From positions 1-58,751 of IMG/VR virus record IMGVR_UViG_3300035190_001906: DNA of 58,751 nt. One strand, given 5' to 3'. The first letter of the stretch is position 1. Each line of letters starts with the position of its first letter. A program made the translations under genes and the position numbers. Shown in pieces: positions 15,301 to 24,300 of the stretch. Under the pieces are notes generated by a model. It did not search any database. It was given only the letters and a program-made list of their open reading frames with translations, and was not told the origin of the DNA. This DNA comes from a virus (taxonomy: Duplodnaviria > Caudoviricetes).

Positions 15301-18300
15301 AGAAGCTATCAAAGCATTGCCCGAAACACAAAAAAGTTTAACGGAAAAACAATCTACCCCAGGAAATAAAATCGCAGGTGGTTTTAATCCATTGGGGCAA
15401 GAAGGATTTTTGGGGATTGGGGGGAATCAAAAAGGGTGGAGAATGGATCAAACTATCTATAATTCGGGAACTACTCTTGGTGGGGTAGAAAGAGACTTAA
15501 CATCCGCAGCTAACTATATCAAAGGCTTTGGTGGAAACTTGTTAACTAGCACACTTGATTTATTCCAGGGGGGTGAAGCATCAATTCGAGATAAGGTAAC
15601 ACAACAGGTATCAGCACGTCAAAATCAGTTAATTTATGAAATGGCTAATAATAGTATTTCTGAAAGTTCGGCTTTACGTTCTGAATTTTCTAAATATATT
15701 ACTAGGGGACAATATGGGAATCCAGAACTAACACAAGAAGGTCAGACTTACCTAGAGAAAAAATTAGCCACAGAATATCGCGATCGCAAAGGAGCATTCT
15801 CAAACGAAATCCTACAAAATTTTGCTGGTAAATCTGGTAAAACAGCAGATCAGGTTCATAATATTGGTTTACAAGGACAGCCAATTATTCGAGAAGCAAT
15901 TAAAGCATTGCCTGAGAAGGAGAAAAGTTTAGCTGAAAAAATAGCCCCTCAGATTGACCGTGTTGTTCAATCAATAGATCAATCTTCTAAAATACTTAGC
16001 GGTATTATTCAGTCAATAGATCAAACCTCTAAAATACTTAGCGATATCTTAAATGAATTTAAGATTCCTGACGAAATCAAACCTTTGGTAGAAATACCAA
16101 TTCAATCCATGCCTCAGTCTCAATCCCAACCCAAGCAAAGTTTGTGGGATAATTCAACTAATTTTGTAGCTGATTTATGGGGTAAAGTTACAAGTTATTT
16201 TGATGGATATTATGCCAAAACAAAGGTTCCATACAAAAATCCGCAAAAACTTACTGAACCCAGTATTCCAGATTTTAAAAATAATATTGTTCCTTATCGC
16301 CCCAAGAGTGTTGGTGATGTTGTTAACCCGATTATTAAAGAAAAAACCAGTAAATTAATTCCCGTTGTCCAACAAAAAGCAAGTCAAATAATTCCTGCTG
16401 CTCAACAAGCCGTTAGTGGATTAGCGGAGCGTTGGCAAAAACATCGGAAAAATGAACCCGTTGTCGATGACTTAGTTACCAACGCAGAAACCGAGTGGGA
16501 TAATAAGGAATCTTGGTGGGAGAAAAACTTTAAATCTATCCGAAAATCTTGGGGTCTTACATCTTCCACAGTCTCAAAAGGGATTGATAAATTAGTTGCC
16601 CAGGCTCCTGATCAGGGATATGAATTACAAAAAGGATTAGCTGAAGGTTCTCCAGGGCCTACTTTCTATATTCGGAAATACTGGAAGAAAACCATTAATC
16701 AAGTCACCGACTGGATGGGTGACTTGGCGGGGAGTGCCGCTAAAACCGGAATTTCCCTAGCTCAATCTATGGGAGTGGGAACTGTTAAAACCGCGATCGC
16801 TATTACCCCATTTGTCTCGGAAGCAACTAAAAATGAAGCCATTCAAAGTATTGAGGCGGGGATAATCTCAATTCAAGATCGATACGATTACCTAGAAGCT
16901 CAAGGATTTGGAAATCTGGGGGTACTATTTGAACCTGGTGCAGCGCAAGTTACCGATGCCCTGCAACTTCTGGGAGGAGATATCGCTGATTTTGCCAAGC
17001 GATCAGTCAATGCCTTATTAACTTTGAACTTTGGGGAACTAGCTCAGGCTTCTAAAGACTTTGGTGGGAACTTAGCCTTTGCCCTGAAAGGATTGACTGC
17101 CGGATTTAATAGTATGGGATTAAGCGCGATCGCAGCAGGTGCAGCCGTTCTCACTGGCATGGCTCCGGCAATTATTACAATTGGTGCGATCGCATTTGGG
17201 GCTGCGGTAATTCTGGCGAACTTCCTGGGGATTCGTTCAATCCTGAAGGGTATTATTCAAATTCTGGTTGCCACAGGGAAAATAGTATTCTTTACATTTA
17301 TGGCTGCCGGACGAGTCCTGAAAGGATTTAGTTTAATCCTGAGAGGATTGTTTGGTGATAGCGAATTGATCAAACAAGGGATTGCCGAAATTAAAGATGC
17401 GTTTCAAGTTCTGGGTCAACAACTCAAATTAGAGTTTAAAGCGATCGCGCAAGGATTCCTGTCTATTGGAGAGGGATTGAAAATTGCTTTAGTTCAAATC
17501 TTCCCGTTCCTAAAACAACCGCTTCAAGATTTAAAACAATGGTTTGACGAATTTTGGTCGGTCTTTGCCCTCAGTCCCGAAAGGGCAGGACGGATGGCTG
17601 CTGAAGCTTTGATTGACTTTGTTAAAAATATCTTCCGAGCATTTAATAACCTACGTCTTTCTGTTATTAGCACTTGGCAGAAGATGATGGTTTGGTTCAA
17701 GATACAACTTTGGCAAGCTAAAGATTGGGTTGTTGAGGCATTCCGTAAAATGTCTCAGCTTGATTTTAGTTTCCTCCAAGATATTCCCAATGCTTTGTTA
17801 AACGGCTTTAAGTGGGTTGCAGAAAAAATTCCTACTTTATTCCAAGGCACAGGGGACGGAATCCTCAGTCGGATACTGAACCCGATTCGAGATGGATTTA
17901 ATGCGATCGCGCAATTTGTTAAAGGGTTTAGCGATCGTATTAATGAAGAACTCCAACTGGTATTCCCTGGATGGATGAAATCTTTGGGGCAATCCATAAT
18001 CCCTTTATTTGACACACTCTCGAACGGAGCGCAGGGTTTACGAGATGCAATTGTAAATCTAGGAGCGCAGTGGGTAAAATTAGCACTGGGATTTGATCTA
18101 CCAATCGGATATCCTTTCTTTGAATTTTTAGATAGTCTAGTACAACGCTTCCAGTCAACTGTTGTAACCATTGAAAAAGCCTGGTTAAAATTCTTTGTTA
18201 ATGCCGGGAAACTAGAATGGAATCAGATTACCGAAGATATTGGAAATACTCTCAAGTCAGGGTTTAAATCTCTAGCTACTTCCGTTGGTCAACTTTGGAA

Positions 18301-21300
18301 TCAGTTCTGGTCAACGGTTTTAGAAGCACCAACATTAAAAGGAAAAGTAGACGCTTTTATGTCTAACTTCTCCTTTTTGAGTATTCTAAATTATGTTGAT
18401 GATGTTGCGATCGCCTTTGATAGACTCAGGGAAAAAGTCGGTCAAGTCACTTCCTGGTTATCTAATTTAATTACAACTTGGAATCAAGTTACCGATAAAG
18501 CTCCTAAACTCAAACTTGATATTGATACCGCATCCCTAGAAACTAAAGCTAATAATTTAATTGATAACGTTCAGGGTAAATGGAATCAATTAGTTAAATT
18601 CTTTGAGAATCCTAAATGGCCGACAGCGCGACAAACTTGGCAAGGGTTGTTAGATGGTTATGGGTGGCTGCGATCGCAGTTCCGCACTATTACCGATTGG
18701 TTTGGACGTACCCCCGAAATGTTAGCCCCTTTCTTTAATCAGTTGAAACTTGGGGCTGATAAGGTTGGTGAGTTTCTATTCAATATGGAATTGCAGTGGG
18801 TGAAATTAGTTTTAGCTTTTAATCTTCCCCTCCCCATGTTCTATCAATTGTTTGAATTTATTAACGCAATTCCGAAGTTGTTTAAAGCGGGAGTAATTCA
18901 AGTTGAAACCAGTTGGACATGGTTGGCTAACGAAATTGCTAATTTAAACTGGAAAACCTTAACCCATGTTTGGAACGGATTTAGTAAATTATTTGGGTTG
19001 CTGGGTACATCCTTGGATTTCGCCGAAAATAAATGGCGAGAGTTTCAATCTTATATTTTGACTTCTCCACAACTTCTTGCACCTATATTCGAGAAACTCA
19101 GAAATGGGTTACAAGGGTTTAGTGGTCTTATTGTTAGGTTATTTGAAAGATGGAAAAATTTTGCTACCCAATTCCATCTTCCTCACTTAGAAGGACTTTT
19201 TACTCCGTTGTATGCACTTTCCGAAATTTTTCAAATGGTTTTAACCGGAATTGAAACCCGATGGGAGAAATTTGCAACTTGGTTAGGGACAACTGAATTA
19301 TTTAGTTATGTCCTGGGTGGGTTGAAAAATTTATCCTACGCCTTCAGTACGGTCACGGGATTTATCGGTAGACATTGGAATACATTGGTTGAGTTTTTGC
19401 GGTCAACTCAATTATTGGTACATTTAGGTAATGGTATTGTTCTCTTAGTTGAATTTGTTGATAACCTGTCTACTACCATCAGTAACCTAAAACAGCGTTG
19501 GAATACCTTCTTGGAAGCCAACGAGACAACAGTTAAACGAATTAAACAGGCGTGGGAAGGATTTACGACAAGTTTCAAAACTATCCTCAAACCAATTGTT
19601 GAGTTTGCGCTAGATATTGCTCAGAAATTAATTAACGCCTTAAACCATAACCCGACTGAGAGAATCCCCGAAGCGTGGCGTAAAGCGGTTGAATTTATCC
19701 AAGGAAAATTGTCGGGATTGCTAGACTTCGCTAAGGACATTGGTAAACAATTGGTCTTTGCGTTGGTCGGGAAGGATAATGTTACTGGATTCTTTACCCG
19801 TTTTAATAAGGAGTTGGGCGAATCGAACTCTGTTGTCACGGAAATCAAGAGTAATCTTCGCGCTTTGTTTAACGATGTTAAGACGGTTTTCTCTAATGTA
19901 TTGAGTGCAATATCAGAGATTTCTGCTATTGGACTCCCTCTTATTAGAATAATGCTTGAATCCATTAAAACGGAATATACAGTTTACTTTAATTCAATTG
20001 TTACTTTATTTAAAAACACAAAAACTTATCTGGCAACCAGTTTTACCAATGTATTGACGGGAATAGCAAACTCAATAAAATTTGATTTACTGATTGCATC
20101 TTTGGGCGAAGTTAAAACACAAGTAGATGAACTGTTTAGAACATTATCTGGTGTTTTCTCTAGTTTTGGGCAAGCATTGGTAAACTTCAAATTTGGATCG
20201 GGTAGAATACTGAAGTTTATCAAGAGCTTTGGTGAAACTGCCGTAAATGCTGTAAGTGGTTTGTTTTCTGCGATTGGTCAACAATTAGGAAGTGCTGCGA
20301 CCGAGATAAAATCGGGAATAGGATTAGCGTTTAGTGGTTTTATTACCCAACTTAGAACACTCCGAACAGGAATAGAAACAACGCTCACATCAATCTCTGA
20401 ATATTTCTCTAAATTTGGAGCTATCAAGGACAAATTTATTGGTTTTATCTCAGTGGTCTTTAGTGGAATCAAAGGTTTTATTTCTGGTATTGTTGACTAC
20501 TTCAAACAGTTCTTTACTGAATTAGTCGCAGCAAAAAATGTAGGTGAAGCCTTTGCGATTATTTTAGGCGGGTCACTGAAAGGAATTTTAAATACAGTTA
20601 ATTTCCTGTCTTCTGCTTTTGTCCAGTTGGCTTCTATTATTCTGCACCCTATTCAATCTATTAAGAAATTTGGCGAGGTTACGGGATTGACCGACCTGTT
20701 GAAATTATCTATTGAGGGGTTAACAAATGTATTCAAAACCTTAATTTCTGTAGTTGGTTTCTTTATTCGGTTGGCAGTCGATGGATTGGTATTGATTTTA
20801 AAAATTACAGTTAGATTGTTTCAAGCAATCCTTGACCCCATTACAGCTTTCCGTGATTTAGATAAAGGAATTACATCGGTAGTGCGATCGCTTGGAGAAG
20901 CTGCTCCAGGGTTAAAACCACTACTTGATATTTTGGATTTTACAAGAAAAATATTACAAGATTTAACTATAAATTTTGCTAAATTCTCAGCAGGATTTGG
21001 TGTTGGCTTTGTGAAAGGGTTTATTGGCGAGATGGAAAATCTCTACAATGCTTTGATTAAATTTAAAGACCCTTTGATGACAATCTCAGAAGCCTTTGGA
21101 AAAATATTTTCGTTTATCACAGAGAGTGTACCTAAAGCATTCTCTGAAATCTCAAAATTATTTACTCCCGTACAAAAAGTAGTGACGGAGGTTAACAATG
21201 GATTGACGGCTGTTGCGCCAGCGACAACCGCGATCGCTAATAGCATATCAACTGTTGCGCCAGCGACAACCGCGATCGCATCTGGTATGTCAACTGTTGC

Positions 21301-24300
21301 GAATAGTGCGACAACCGTTGCTAATGGTGTTTCAAACGCTGCTACGAATATAACGGCTGCTGCTAATGCTGTACAGGGGATTACCACTGGGGTTACAGAA
21401 CTTGGTAATAGTCTGACCAATGTTGGCGGTGAAATTGGTCAGACTACCACTGCGATCGCGGAAACAGCAAAACAGATAATTAATATATTCCGCATTGGGG
21501 AAGATTTGGGTCGTAAATTTGGGTCAGTTAGTGCTACTGCTTTTACATCAGTTATCAATGTTACAAGGGATTTGATTACTGTGTTTGCAGATTTACTAAA
21601 TAAATATGCAGTTCCTTTCTTAAATACTTTAGCCAGAATAGCTAAGTTTGTAGCTTACTTCTCGAAAGGTTTATTCACGGGATTATTCACAGAAATATCT
21701 AAAGTTACTCCTGCCTTCAAGGAGATTGGGAGAGCAATCCTCAAAATACTGGGGGCATTAAAACGACTCGCTCCTATTATTGCTACTGCGATCGCAGCGT
21801 TTTATGGGTTTAACGCTTTATCTCCTGTTGTTGATTTTATTGGTCATATTTTAAATCACTTTGATTTATATCCTGCCGCGATCGCACTTGTAACAGGCGC
21901 AATCGGAACATTAGTTTTAAATTTCAAAAACTTATTTGATACAACAAAAAGCTATACAGAAATTGCTGAAAGTTTAGGGAATAAAATTGGTGAGATATTC
22001 GGGGGGATGGTGAATCTAGCTATTAAATCTATTCAAACTATTGTCTCGGTTATTGCGGAGGTGTTAGACGCGGTTTCTAAAATACCCAACGCAATCCTTC
22101 ACCCTATTGAGACGTTTGAATCTGTGATGACAGGAGCGGGAGATGTTATTTCCGATAAGTTTGATGGGGTTACTCAAGGGATTGGGGGTAAGTTTCAGGG
22201 AATGTTTAATGGAATCAAGAAGCGTTTAGGTCTATTTGTTGAAGAAACTGAAGTTGAAGGGGGAAGCGTGGAACAAAACTTATCTAACGATCCTCCTGGC
22301 CCTACTTACATGATTCGTAAGAAGTGGTTTGAGATGTTGGATATGATCGGGGATCGAGTTGAAGATTTCACGTCCTTTACTAAAAAACAAGGACAGAAGA
22401 TTCAATCCGCAGTTACAATCTCTCCACAAGTATCTTTAGGTGATCAAACTCAATCTTTGCGGAATCAGTTTGGAGTAATTCAACAAATTCAACAGGCTCA
22501 GGCAGATAGCGTTCAAAATTTAGGTAGTAATGGATTGCGAGGAGTTTTAGTTTCAATCAATTCCTTGATGTCTAATTTTTCTGGTCAACTTAAACCATCG
22601 CTATTTCTTCTGAATGAATTTGTTGATGCGTTTGTTGATATTAAAACCTTGTTACCCAGTCTCCAAATGGAGATGATAAATTTCGGAAAAGCCGTCGCTA
22701 TTTCAAATTCAATTGCTGCTGGAACTTTTTCTGATTTAGCGATCGCAATGAATTCTTTTCGTTCTTCAAGCCTCCCAATGCTACCGTCCTCAGATCGTTC
22801 AAATCTCCCTGTGTTAGCATCGCCAGATCGTCTAAATTCTTATTCTTCTTATTCACAGTCTGATGTAATTGACGTAGAGTTTAGGGTACTTGGCACGGAA
22901 CCCATTCCCAATATTTCTGATGGTGTTCAAGGTTTGGATGGTGGGTTACAGGGATTGCGTGGAACATTAATTTCTGTAGGTTCCCTGTTATCTAACTTCG
23001 CACCCGAATTAGCAACTCCGCTTTTTGTCCTGAATGATTTTATTGATGCGTTTGTAGATATTAAAGCATTGCTTCCAACCCTGGAGGCGGGCGTATTGGC
23101 TTGGGGAAATTCGATCGCGGCTTCTAACTCATTCGTTGGCGGAACATTTACTTTACTCAAGGCTGCTGCATTAAAAGCCTATACAACCTTGCTTGTTCCC
23201 ATACTGCCATTCTTGCCAATTATTTTAGGGGTTATTGCTGCGGTCGGATTATTCTACTTAGCCTTTAAATCCAACTTCTTAGGAATCCGTGATTTAATCT
23301 ATGGTGTGGGTTGGGCATTTAAGAAGTTCTTTGGGGATTTGTTCGGAGGCTTCTTTGCTGCGATTGGTAGTATTTTTACTACGATTGACAGGGAAGTAAG
23401 AGCGATCGCTTCTGTCTTTGGGGAATTAGTTTCTACTGTTATCTCAATCTTTGACCCAATCCTGAAACTATTTGGTATTGATGTCGGCAACAGTGTTTTG
23501 AATCTATCTGATGTTTTATCGGCAGTTGTCAATGCTTTGCTGTTCCCGATTCGGATTCTAGTAAAATCCCTTAACTTCTTAATTACAACTATTTCCTGGG
23601 GAATCCAATTAATAGTTAAATCGTTGATTTTTACTGTCAACGTTATTAAAACGATTTTATCCTTTACCTGGGAACTCATAAAATCAATTCTAATTATTGG
23701 TGCAACTATAGGAGGGATTGTAGCAGTCCTGAACTTTGGTGCAGTTCTAGCTGGGATTGTCTCTGCTTTTGCAACGATAGCAGGTTTAATTGGCTCTATT
23801 AGTGTGATCGTGAGTGGAATAATTTCAGGGATTGTATTTGTAACACCCTTTTTGATTACAGGGGTTGCGTCAGTATTGACAATGATTGGAGGAGCTATTA
23901 CTGGTATTGCGATCGCAATAGCTCCAATTCTTCCTGTAATCCTCTTGATTTCAGGTGTTTGTGCTGTAATTATTGGAGTTGCTTTTGTTATCAAGAAAAT
24001 ATTTGAAGGAATTTGGTGGGTAATTTCTTCTGTTATTAACTCGATTTCATCTATTCCTTTCGTCGGTGGTTTATTTGGGGGTCAACCTAAAACAGAAAAA
24101 CCCCCAGGTTATGCAACTGGGGGTTTAGTTAAAGGATCGGGAACAAGTACAGGAGATCGTATTCACGCAAAACTCTCACCTGGAGAATATGTAATTAATG
24201 CCTCCTCAACTAAAGCCAATCTTCCTTTACTTGACGCAATTAATACAGATAAAGCAAGCGTAATATCAACTCCTCAAATCATGGCATCGCCTACATTTGC

